Source: Takakia lepidozioides
Taxonomy: Eukaryota > Plantae > Bryophyta
Reading direction: 5' to 3'
Assembly (NCBI GenBank): GCA_030704615.1
Contig: CM060733.1
Location: 12,338,001-12,402,000, forward strand
Length of the DNA stretch: 64,000 nucleotides
In this document: in pieces, positions 38,915 through 51,599 of the stretch
How the letters are laid out: every line of letters starts with the position of its first letter
Numbering within the stretch: the stretch's first letter is position 1
Notes under the pieces: model-generated
The model's database searches: none
What the model saw: the letters and a program-made list of their open reading frames with translations, nothing else
Told to the model about the DNA's origin: nothing
Translations under genes and position numbers: made by a program

Positions 38915-41764
38915 TTTTTTTTTTATCAATCCCATCTCACTCGAGCTATTGAATATCTTCATGGTTTCTGATTTTCATTGCATTGTAATTCACTCATTTT
39001 CTTTTGAATTCTTGACGCACATTCCGGGCAATCCCAAGACTCTAATACAGGCCTTCATACGGGGACATGACTATATCTAGTGACCTCCACAGTTTAGTGG
39101 AGGTTCACATTCCTACACTCCCGAATTTATGATTATGTCTCTTTGGCAGGTTCAAGAAGATGCTGACGACGTCATCGGTTCCTCAAGTCCCCTAAAGGAA
39201 CCCTCCGGATCAGCAGTGAGTCGGAGTATTGAAGGCTTTCCGAGGGTTCACGATGGTGCTCAAATTGAGGGTGGATCCTCGGTCAGACCCTTCTCCTCTC
39301 GGGAAGCGGACGACACTCTTCTCCTCTCGGGTCCTCCTGGGTGTAAAGTCCAAGGTGCAGATGAAGAACAGAAATATCCCGGAAACTTTATCGACCTTTC
39401 CCGACATTCCTCACCCTCCCCGGTCAGTACGCAGGGTCTGGTCTATCCAACCCGCAGGGCAACCGTCGGGGACTTAGCTGCGACTCCGCAGCACCTTGTT
39501 CCGTCTCTTTCTCGCATATCTCCCCAGCACGAGGGTTGGACAGCCCAAATCTGCAGGAGTCAGGTGACTTAAACTCATTTTTCGCTCCTTGATCATTCTT
39601 CTAATTTAACTTAGTTTGGGGTCTGATATTTATCTGTCGCTCCAGGTCAAAAAATATGCAGATTATGACCTTCCTGTCAAACGACGTCTACATTGGAATG
39701 CAGTTCCAAGGTAAATTATTCCTTCGTTGTGTTTTCATTCCATCCAGGATGTCGAGTGCTCAAGGGACAATTTTATGTGCTTGTCTGTTGTTGCCCCTCC
39801 ACCCCCCCGTCGTTCAATGGCAAAACATCTCCAACATCGACACAACCTGACCCTGAACTGGTGGCACAATGTTCTGTACCAAAGAGGTGAAAAAGAGCCC
39901 CCGAGCCATTTCCTAATCTTTCCAACGGACAAAAGGCTGACAAGACAAAAAATGCGGACTCCAAACACATAAGGACTCCCTCGGATGTTGTGGCGTCTCG
40001 TCAATCCAAGCCCGCGGGAATCCACTGTTCCTCTGCAAAACCTCCAATGATAAATTTCAAAACCATTTCTCCACTTTCGTTTGCAGTTTGTTTTGCGGTC
40101 CCAAACTAACTCCGTAATTTTTATACAAACGAGTATGGAGCTGCAGAACTTCTTGAATACGCCTCCCGACAAGGTGCGTCCACTAACCTCCACTTGATAG
40201 CCGACGTTCATCTTTTCATGATCTCGAACTCTTCGATATATCGACTACTCTTGGTCCTTTACAGTAGTCCATTGTCGGGACACTTATGTCTTGGCAAACA
40301 TAGAGGTCACTCTGAAACTAAGAAACACTATATCATGTTGTTTCTGACGGTGGGAACACTTAAGTTTATTTCCCTAAATTGCGCAGGATGGCATCGTCCA
40401 TCAACCATCACTAGTACAAAAAACGGGTTTCATGACACTTTTTTTTACTCTTTTGGTCATTTTGACTCATTTCTTACTCTTTTGCAAAGAGTCATGCAGA
40501 CCGTGTTGTTACGATGACTCTAATATCCGCGTCGTGAATATGACTCTGGGTGATATCCCCTTGTGAGCAAGATACATGACCCTGGATTTCGTCACGTCCG
40601 TGACTATTTTCTAGCAACACGCGGCTCTCCCCGGATTGCGACGTGTCAATTTCAGATGATGACATGTGTAGGGACGACGTTATCTCGCACGCATGCCACA
40701 ACGGGCCACGTGTTCACGTTGAGCGATACCACGTGTTGAAATCTAGCAACTTTTAGAGAGTCATAAATCTGACTGTGGATGCGTTCGTGCCTGGACACGT
40801 GGCGCTCTTTGTATGGTATCAGGTAGGAGTGGGAAATTATCCTGGTCATAAGCATGACCAGCTTGGTCATGAGAATGACCATTTTATAACTTTAGGTGGT
40901 CGTGTATCTGACTCAAGTCTCATTGAATGGCTACGTGGCGCATAATGTATGGTATGAATTTGAAATGTGAAAGGTATTTGAGTCATGAGTATGACCTCAT
41001 TGGTTTGAGTTCATGAGTATGACTGGACACGTGTCACGTTTTACATGGTTGTTGGTGCCTAGTTGAGTCATGGGCATGACCCATCTCTACTCCACATGTA
41101 GTATTCTAACTGGATGGAATTTGTAATATTTACCTTAATAGTACATTTGTTTTCTGTTTATTTTTATTTTGTATTTTATTTATTTCAAATTAGAGTGGAC
41201 AGTGGTTTAATTTGTATTATATGTTTACTGAATTAGTATATTCATATGTATTCAAATATAATACCATTTATATGTAATTTATAATATGAGAATATATCAT
41301 TTTGCACAAATACACGGTGTCACGAGCCAATTGGGTTAAAAAAAAGATTCGACAATTGGTGGAAAATATGATAGGAAGACAATGGTTTGTTTCAAGTCTG
41401 TACGGTGCCTCCATATCAACAAAAAAATGGAGAGTTCAAAGAATCTAATCTCTCAACGGTAGCCCAAGTACCCAACTACCCACTGCACATATATGAATCC
41501 AAAAATGTGACAAACCGAGCACCTTCCTCCTCGTTGATTGTCCATAGCATGCCTCCTTCTGCCCCATCACCTTTTGCCTCTTTCCTTACAAGAGATCATG
41601 ATCGCATGTCCTGCACGTGAATGCACACATGTATAAACAGATCAACAACACTAGCTGAGAAGAGGTTGTTGGTTTCAATCCACTGGTTCGTGTAAGTACT
41701 ACATGAGATCTATTTAATCACTGAAGGGTAACCACATGTCAAAGTAAGAGCATTACCTCTAAAA

Positions 41765-44700
41765 TCACCGTTGAGGCAACACTTTCAGCAGCTTATCACT
41801 CCACACTGTGACAGAGTCCAGAGTGTGACCAAGTTCTATGTGGGCTGGCCGTACTGAAGTATTGAAGTATGCAAGTGGGGTGATGGCCGTGCATAGTTCA
41901 TCCACACGCACAGCCACGTACCCAACATGTATAGATGGGTATCCCTCTGGGGGTGTACTACCCTGCAAACCCATCACCAAACCACTACCTACTTTGGCTT
42001 TTGATAGGGCATCCAAAAGCCACACTCGATGGCCTTTAATCACCTGCCACAATCCACAAGCAGTGTCAGTTAAAAATGAGTCCCATATTTCATAGGTTTG
42101 AACCGAGTCACATGCAACCAGTGCAATCATGAGAAGATGATAGGGGTGTATAGTTTTTCTCACCCCATTTTGCTCCGAGTGTTGGAATAAGGATCTTCTG
42201 AGTTGGTGTGTTTTCACTAGGACAGCTTGCTTTCTATGTCCAACCTGCAACAACGTGGGGAAATCGCAAACATAAAGGAGATCAGCCAACTGCCATGTGT
42301 TTTTTGCCTTACCCGTGTCATGCTACGGGGGTTGCATCCACAATGTGCCCTTCAACCTCATGCCAACTATGTGTCAAGAAACAATTGAACTCCCACAGGT
42401 AAATGATTATAGTCCTCATAACTGTAAGCACAAAAAAGGTAAGAGATCTTACCATATTTTTCTCCAAGGCAGTGTTTGCTGCGCCCAAAACCCTCGTTGT
42501 CCCTGGCTTTCTGCGACCATGCGGCTGATATTGCATTGTACAACAACGATATGTCAAATAGCTGCTCACAATACTGACAATGACAAACACTATCGTCAAA
42601 TGTCCACAAACCTATGACTAACATAAGATATTAACATTCACTAATGCAAGGTGAGGGCCAGAGTGTACCTCTCTGGCCACGCCTTCAGCCTCTATAGTAA
42701 TAGGTCCCTATCCATATCCCCCTGTTGTGCGTATGAATTCGGGCACATTGGGGGACTGTGCCAGTCTTTCGAGGTAGGGCCACACACTGTCCAATAGCCC
42801 AGTGTCAGCAACCCTTGTGTCATGTGTCCATGAAACTGGATAAACCGCAGAGTAGGCGGGATTGCGCATCCCTTGTAAGGACTATTGTCAACTAAGACAG
42901 TGTTTTGGGCCGACCACTGTGGCATTGCCTTCCACACCTTCTCCAAACATTTGTAAAAAACGGGCTTCGATGAGGACTGCATGTTTTCCCCTTCCTCACG
43001 TTCACAGTGGGACTGATCCCATACAAACTGAAGCCTTGTAACATGCGCCCTGAATATCCAATCGACGGCTGCCCGGACATTGTGAATTTGTGCAGAGGAC
43101 CAAATAGCCAATTCAAAGACTTTCAAACAATTTGCAATAAATTCACAACACCCCGGTCTTAACATCACGAGCTTTGAACCACATTTCTTGGACACAATTC
43201 CTTTTGGGACAGAAAGAACATGGTGAGTGGCATCGCACAACAATCCATTCAAGTCCAAAATCAATAGATGTTTGGGTGTAGGAGGTTCAAATTGTGCAGG
43301 TAACATGCCCTGACCCTTGCTCAATGAAGTAGGTGATCCACGATCACTATCAACTGGGTCTCCGTTGCCGTTGACTTCTCGCAGTGGAGAAGGTGACCGC
43401 ATGGACTGTGAACCCTCCATGTTCACTGCCAACCGCCTCAATCATGTTAAAACGTGAGTCCAGACGAGTTGACACGGTAGGGACATGTGTAGATCCATCT
43501 ACCACGATAGATGAGCCTGCACGTGTGTTGCCATCGGAACAAAGGTCAAGCTTCAGGCCAAACTTCATAGCCAAAAGCCTGTTGAACTCCTTGGCTTCAG
43601 ACATGAATTTCCTCATGTCCGCCATACCTCCCTCCAACAATGACACTTTTTCTGCCAATTTGCGGATGGTGCTTGTCTTGTCCTGCCAAACAAACCGTCA
43701 AATGTCAATAGACATACTACAAATGAAGGCATAAACAACATATTATACTAAAATGAACAGCCTCTCCTTTCTTAAATGACTCACTCTAGGGCCAGTGGGC
43801 TGATCACCCACTTTGCTCACTGATCCCTCTTGGATCTCTTGGAAAGAAGGGGTCCTGCCAGTTGACATAGCCTGCATGCGCCAGAATATTCAAGTATTAG
43901 ATTACACATGTGCACAAAAATTGCATGCATTTCCACATTTCCCATATAGGCACTACATCAAAAAGGGGTCCACATCATCAATAGCGCTTCAGGTTTTGCA
44001 AGTGAGGTCCTTACCAGACGAACTTCAACCCCATTCTTTCCACCAGGTCTTGTCTTGCTTTGTTTCTTTGCAGCCTTGTTAGCAGCAGCCCCATTCTCAG
44101 AAGATTTCAGAAACTTCTTTGTTTGCCAATAAGCCACTAGGCGGTCCCACTGTGCAAAACTCACAGTCGCTGGTTTGCCTTTCCCCTTGAGAAAATGACC
44201 CCGCAAGTCTGTGCGAAAAGTTTTTAACATGACCCCTATTGTCTTCCTCACAACCACAATATCTAGCTGAACAGGAGTGTAAGTAAACATGCTCTTCATT
44301 GTCTTGAATACGAGATCCAAGTCAGACGCGCGTTGTTTTCTAAGATGTGAGGAAACATCTAGCATGCAAAGGATTTGCCCTTTAAGGGCATTCTGCCAGC
44401 GAGTTCGTGTGGTTCCAGTTGGTGCCCCTAATTTAGTCAGCTCTATCATTAGCGGGGGTCGAATTTGTTGGTCCCCTCTCCAAGCAGCACTTGCATTCAT
44501 AGCAACCTTCGCAGCTTGCCTTGCCCTCCGCTCTGCATTACGGATGTCCTGTGGATGCATAACAGGTTCTTCCTCCATGTAACCCTCCCCCTCGCCAGCA
44601 ATATCATTATCAGGCCACAGCATGTCCGACATGCCCCAGTTCTCTTCTTCCCCTACTTCATGTCCATACACATATGCCTCCCCATACTCATCCTCATCAA

Positions 44701-45856
44701 GATGCACTAGTTCCTAGTATGAGTTATACAGGGGACCTGGAGGTCGGGGACGGGGCCTGCCTCCCATTTGTGATGCGCCTGCTCCTCTATGGGGAGAATG
44801 GAAAACCTGGCCAGCATACAATGGTTCCCCCCCTCTGTTGTTCCAACCTAATTGACTGCTAGAACCACATACATCACTATACCTTTCATGGGGGTGAGGG
44901 GGTGGACGGACTGGGCGAGAACAACCTGTTGGATTTTGAGCATGCCCCCCTTCCATGGGCGCAAATGTGCCACGCGCAGGGCTACGTTGAAGGGTCCCAG
45001 CAAATTGTCCTCTCCCCCGTTTGCTTCTTGACTGCCACATTAAACATTACGCAATAAGTGGACATCTACCAACATGATCCAGGCAAGACACTCCCACTGC
45101 AAATCCTGATTGATAAATCCACACATCAAGTCTGCATTTGGAATTAGCACAACTAGAGTATTTTCAGTACTTTCCTGAACATGCTAGATCAATTGTTCCC
45201 TTTTTATGTTCATATCCTCACAAGCATAAGCACATCACTTTGGTGTTTGTAATTAGGTTTTTCTCATGGGATTGCACCAAATCACCAATGCCAAATGGCC
45301 AAAGCCCTTACCACCTATGAAGCAAGACAAGAGAATGCAGGTGTAGTGGAATGACCCAAAATTTGGCGAAATCATCTTTGCTGAACCTCCCAAATCAAAC
45401 TGGGGCTTTTTGAACTCTGCTCTGGCATATCAACACCCACAGTGTGTTGTCTACATTATGGATCCAAACCCAAATATGCACCTAATACACATGGAGATGG
45501 AGCTTAGGGTTAATGTGTGTAGGAGTAGCACTCACCACGGGTGATATGTACTGCTGTGGTGCAGGACGTTTGGCAGGCAGCCTTGGAGGCATTTCAACGG
45601 GTCTCTTCCCTTTCCCATCATGGAGGGGATTATCAGTGCATTCGTCGTCTGGAGGGCAGGTGTTGTTGTCGGAGTCTGAGTCGCCTGTAGTGTAGCGTTG
45701 ATCGTCGGGTTCTCCCTCTGCGGCCATGCTCCGTGGTGGAAGCTGTAGTACGAACCTAGATGACCGCCTTGGCTCACCTTCAACCAGTGGTTTGTGTGGG
45801 GCCCGCTTTCGCACTGCCTTTGTGGGCAACGCTCTCTGCAGCCTACATACTATCAA
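41765..45856 (-). pseudogene. Element A TnpA-like accessory gene: Ptta/Transposase_24-like domain, coiled coil, NIF phosphatase, Tnp1-like C-terminal domain
   Basis: 43958-44707 (KPATVSFAQWDRLVAYWQTKKF..S); 43350-43680 coiled coil; 42692-43441 NIF; 41765-42250 (VWLLDALSKAKVGSGLV...YVAVRVDE...LGHTLDSVTVW). Spliced, with frameshifts and stops. Confidence 0.7.
42692..43441 (-). pseudogene. FCP1/SCP-like (NIF, HAD) phosphatase domain, copy 2, inside the element A accessory gene
   Basis: KHLLILDLNGLLC, LRPGCCEF, FELAIWSSA, FVWDQSHC, KPVFYKCLEKVW, NTVLVDNSPYKG. After a frameshift it continues NPAYSAVYP...VWPYLERL...YG*GPIT. Confidence 0.88.
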
Positions 45857-46444
45857 GCATGTTAGGACTCAAGCTAGCTGGTAAACCTCAAGATGACAAA
45901 AGAATATGAAGTTAATTGAATTTCTTGGGTTCTTGGATTCTTGGATTTTTGGCGCAACGAATGCAATAAAAAGTTCCCAGGCAAAAAATCCCCCCTATGT
46001 AGCACTCTTCTTCCACACAAGAAACTCTCATACATGAGTGCGGGCCCTCATTCTCACCTGCTCGGCAGACTCTCTGTCATTCTACCCATCCGTAAAGGAG
46101 GTACTTCCCTCAATGACGACGTGAAGGAGAGTGAAGGGTTGAGAAGGGAGTGTGTAGGAAATAAACCCTCCTTGACATCTTTGTCTCTAATCTGTCTCTA
46201 CATAGACTTGCGAGGGCCCTTCTGTCACTCCAAGGTGCTACAATCCACTTACTCAGCTTTCCTAGCTTACTTCTGCTGCCAATGTGGTTACTCAGAATCC
46301 ATAGCTTACTCTGCTGCCAATGTGGCTAGTCCCAGTTCTTTGAACTTTGCTTTCACCTCCGCTACATTGTTTGCCCTTTCCACCTCGTAAGCCGTGAGAG
46401 TTGAGCGACTTCCATTGGCCATTCGGTGACGACAGTGTGCAGGT

Positions 46445-49400
46445 GTGCGCGGGTCAACTTACGTGCCCAAAACCAATATTGCCACTATTCCTCGCCTACA
46501 GCTGCCAGTCATGTACATGCAACCACGTTTTTCAGGAAGAGTGTTTGCAGAAGCAAGACTTAGAACGAGAGATGCGCACTTGTGGTGGAAGGAGGATGCC
46601 CTTGCCAGACGACAGGGATGGAAAAAACTACGGTGTTGCTGCTGTGTGTGTCACAGAGGGAAGCCGCTACTGAGAGCTACTGTCAAGTCTCACATGCTAT
46701 ACTATGGCAGGGACCCGTACTTGCGCCAGACTCGCACTATGCAGGTACGGCGCACCATGACTAAAACTAACATTTGCATGACCATTTTGAGTCATGTCGA
46801 TTTCCCTTATAATGTCGATCGATCATGCACTGGTTTAAAAAAATAAAACATGGAATTGCAAATACTATTTTATATGTACTGAAGTATAGGAACATTGACG
46901 ATAGCATTGGTTTAATTGACAAGATGAAGGGGAGCAATTTTCTGATGAGTCCTCAGATGGGGACTACTCTACGGGCTCCCTGGCTGGGGCAAAATCCATC
47001 GACAATGACATTGAGCTGGACGCATCAGACGACAACGTGGGATTGGATATTGCCAGAGCACTACAAGAGGCCTTCGAAAGAGGAGAATGCAATCAGCAGA
47101 ATGAAACAAACAATGTGAATGGAGAGCAACCATTTCAATTTGACATGAGTGAAGGCGATTCTGATGAGAACGACATGAGTGAAGACGATTTTGATGAGAA
47201 TGACATGGGTTCAGATCTAGATCCAAGACAGATGGATGGAGCATTTGTGGATCCCCAACATCAAAAACTGATGGAAGAATAAAAAATCAAATTATACAGT
47301 GGCAGTAAGCACAGTCGTCTTTCTGCAACGTTGATGATCTTGAATGCATGCGCAACACACGGTTGCTCCAACTCATTTGTTGATGAGCTCTTGTCTCTGC
47401 TGAAGAACTCCATTTTACCTCATGGGAACACCCTACCAGTCTTGCATTATGAGGCCAAGAAATTGATTTCCCGATTGGGATTGGCGTACTCGACCATCCA
47501 TGCTTGTGAGAAAGGTTGTGTACTGTTTAGAGGGGCGCTTAAGGATTCACTTACCTGTCCTAAATGTAACAGCTCCAGGTATTTGGTGGGTCGTGGCAAT
47601 GTTCCAAAGAAGGTGTTACGTCATTTCCCCCTCATACCGCGATTACAAAGGTTGTACAGATGCAAGAGTATTGCCGAACTACTGACATGGCATCATAAGA
47701 ACACCAGTACTGATGGTCTGGTTCAGCATCCCGCAGACTCAAAGGCCTGGAGTCACATTGACAGAATGTGGCCAGACTTTGCAGCTGAACCTCGCAATGT
47801 ACGCCTAGGCCTTGCTTTGGATGGTGTGAATCCATTCGGCCAACGATCGACAACATGGTCAACATGGCCAGTTCTATTGTTTAATTACAATTTGCCGCCA
47901 TGGTTGACAACACAAAAATTCTTCACCATGATGGCATTGTTGATACCAAGCAAAGAATCAGTAACAAGTGCAAACATAGATGTGTACATGGGCGCCATTG
48001 GTGGACGAGCTGCAAATTTTGTGGAACACAGGCGTAATGGCACACGATGTGTCTAGGCCCCGATTTCAGAGAGATTTTCAGCTACGGGCTATGTTGATGT
48101 GGAGCACTCACGACTTCCCTGCGTATGGGTTGTTGGCTGGCCAAGTGACAAAAGGGTACGCAGGATGTCCCAAATGCGGCCCAAATGTGGACTCGCGTTA
48201 TTTGCATCATAGCCAAAAAATAATATTTGCAGGTCATCGCAGGTACCTTCCCTGCAACCATGCATACAGAAGGTCAAAAAGCTCCAATGGCTTCACGGAA
48301 CAGAGGTCAGCTCCCCCCACTGTGACAACAGCTGATATCAAAAGTCTGCCATACAGAATGGGTTGTTGTAGGCAATGGGAGAGCCAGAGGCCGAACATCC
48401 ATAGTACCAGATCCTTCCAAAGCTAATGGGGTGAAACGACGGACGTGTCTATTCGACCTACCTTACTGGAAGGTAAACATTCAGCTTTCAAGATCAACAT
48501 GCATTTGCCTGCCATTCAAGCCCTGGTCCTTTACTGATGATTTGATCTCTTCAGGAAATGCCGCATTTGTCTAATGGATGTACATGTTTTGCATCTATGT
48601 GTAGGATCTCCTCATTCAACACACACTGGACCCTATGCATTGCGAGAAAAACCTCTGTGACAACATAGTGAAGACTATCCTTGGAGAAAAAGACACTTTG
48701 AAATCTGGGAGGGATTTGGAACGAGATGGGATCAACCCCATGGAAGCAGAGCAAATACGGTGTTAATGCCAGCAACCCCTTATGTCTTGAGTGCAGAGGA
48801 GCATAAATCATTTTTGAAGACTCTGTCGTCGTTGAAGGTGCCCACCGGGTATGCATCTGCATACAAAAAACACGTGGAGGATGGAAAGTTGACGTATTTG
48901 AAGAGTCATGATTATCACACACTAATGCAACAAATCCTTCCGTTGTGCCTACGTGGTTTGATGGAACCTGGTCCACGACGCGCCATAATGCGAGTGTCAA
49001 GAGTTTTCAGGAAACTTTGTTGCAAGGTTGTAGATCCTACATATATGCACTATCTACGTGAAGAGGTTGTCATCACGTTGTGTCTCCTAGAAAAGGAGTT
49101 TCAACCTTCGTTCTTTGATGTCATGACTCACCTGCTGGTACACTTGGTTGATGAGTTGGCTATCTGTGGACCTGTAAACACGAGGTGGATGTATCCGGTG
49201 GAGAGGACAATGAAATACCTCAAGGGATATGTTCGTAATAAGGCAAAACCTGAAGGCTCCATGGCAGAAGGGTATGTGTTGGATGAGGCACTAGGGTTTT
49301 GTACCGAGTCCATGGCAGATTTCCCCGCAACCAGGAGGCGAATTTGGGATGCCGATGAGGACGAGGGAGTGGAGGGAGTGGCTAGGGAGGTCCTCGAAGG

Positions 49401-49946
49401 CACTGGCAGAACTCGCAAATTGGATGTGGATTTGCGCAGTCTAATTCACGATTATGTCATTAACAACCACACGAGCATAGCTCCTTGGATTGAGTGAGTA
49501 CTGTTCCTTAGCACTTTCTGGCAAGTTTGCATGTGTATGAATTTCATTTCATGGTGGACAGTGACAGTTAATTTACAAAATTTGTGCTCTCGATTGCAGG
49601 AAGTATGAAAAAGCCCAAGCAGATGTGGAATCAGGTCGGTCTGCTTTTTGGGGAGAGTACTTGGCAACGTGGAGCCTGGTCACAACGTTGAGAACACAGA
49701 ATATCCTGCGCATTTGCAATTACTGCCTCCTTTTCAATCTTGGTTGGCTCAGGCTGTAGAAGATGATGTGGCTGCAAGAATGAGGGATGATGAGGCGTTC
49801 TTGGAGGAAGTGATTGATCTGTCAAGACCCCCGTCTGTGAATGCAGTGTCATTCAAGGGAGTGAGTGCGTATGGGAACCACTACAAGGCCAGCATAGTCC
49901 GATCTAACCAGTTGGTCACATATGACAGTGGGGTGAGTTCTATGTT
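46445..49946 (+). pseudogene. Element A CACTA transposase (TnpD-like: transposase-associated domain, Transposase_21, DUF4218, start of DUF4216)
   Basis: CCCCVC...VKSHMLYYG; IHACEKGCVLF..CPKC; HPADSKAW; RNVRLGLALDGVNPF; THDFPAYG; GHRRYLP; LKSHDYH; FFDVMTHLLVHL; RWMYPVER; EGSMAEGY. Several frameshifts; cut at 49946 by element B. Confidence 0.93.
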
Positions 49947-50493
49947 CACTACTAGAGAAACCGGTTTTTTTAACGGCTCTTCTCACACATTTTGGTGTGA
50001 AAAGAGCTCGAGTTCACACCCCCCCCCCTGGTGTTAGGTTAACCCAGTCCTTTGCACCACATGTGAACTTTCTTGGTCCTGTGAAAAAAACCATCTCACA
50101 CCAAACTCGCACCTGATGTGGCTGTAGGTTTAGGTGGCTCTTTTGACGGATATTTTGACGGCCGTTTTGACTGGTCAGTTCAACTAGTATTTTGACTAAG
50201 TAATCTTCATGGTCTTTCTACGGTACTTATTACACCTCGTTGCCACCATGTCTGCCACATGTATGTAAAAGGGAATGCCACGTAATAGAGTTCATCAGAA
50301 TTATTAAATAAATAATAGATATTAAGGGATCTTCTTACAGCTTCTCTCACATAGATTTAACACCAGGTTCAAATCTTGGTGTGAATTAACGCAATGACAC
50401 TAGTGTGAATACTGTCACATCCACTGTTCTGTTCCTATTGGACGAAAAGTAAACAATTATTATTTATTGACAAATGCTAAAATGAATAGTCAT

Positions 50494-50505
50494 ATTATTA
50501 TTATT

Positions 50506-50540
<35 letters not shown>
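50494..50540 (+). repeat. Compound (ATT)n(GTT)n microsatellite
   Basis: Read directly from the sequence. Confidence 0.9.
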
Positions 50541-51599
50541 ATAGATATTCTTATAATAAATGGGATAGCACCCCGAAAGCCATTGGCTGCTTGATTTAAT
50601 ATTTAATATATTATTATTTAAGAATTTTTATTTGTTTTATTTCATTTAAATAAAAGCTTATTTAAAACATGGGATAATATTTGTATTATTAACCACATTG
50701 ACCAGTAGTAATGTTATTAATATTAAACATAGCAAACAACCAGCAAAATACCACATTTATGTCTACATAAGGAAAATTTGGCTTGATGTGGGAAAATGAA
50801 GTTGCCCTTGAACAAGGGGGTCTTGTGATCATACATGAGAATAGCAAGACCATCAATTCAAAAAATACATGAGAAGAGCTGTTTTGTTCACCTGGCTCAG
50901 CAACCCTCAATCCATAAAGAAAACTAAACTAAACTAAACTTGTAGCACCTTCAATATCACACGTGTTTAAGAAACTTTTCAGACCATAAGGTGGAATTTC
51001 CCTGCGTGTCACCCAATGTGGTATGATTAGGGGTAACAGAGTAGTTCGGGTACGGCTACACAACCTCTGAAATCATGACCAATTTCACATGGATACGGTA
51101 ATAGTTGTCTGGCACATTTGCTTTCGGAAAGCCAGCAATATATCCCACACCTGCCCTTCTTTTTGGTGCACAAGGATCAAACAATAACACCTTGTCGCCG
51201 ATCTGAAACTGCAACAAAAACCAGATTCCCATATCAATCGAACCCCGGAGAACAGAGACTGACAGCTTGGCACTCCTGCAAAATGACATTGAAGTTCTTC
51301 CTGCAAACACCCCAACCCTACCTATTGCAGTACTTCCAATTCTGAATTGCATTTGCTTGTCTCTATACTCCATGCTGACATGATCAAAGCTGGAACGGTG
51401 CCATACCTAGTTGATAGCAGGTTATGCATGGTCAGCATGGATGTGGTAGGACGATGTCACAAAACTACCTTTGTAGGTTGTTGGGCCAGCAGCTATGTGG
51501 TGATACATAGGGGGTGTATTGATCCAGCATCAGACAAGGAAAAAAAATTGCACAAGGGAAACACTTACACTGTGCGGATTTTGTTGGTCACCCTGTGGA

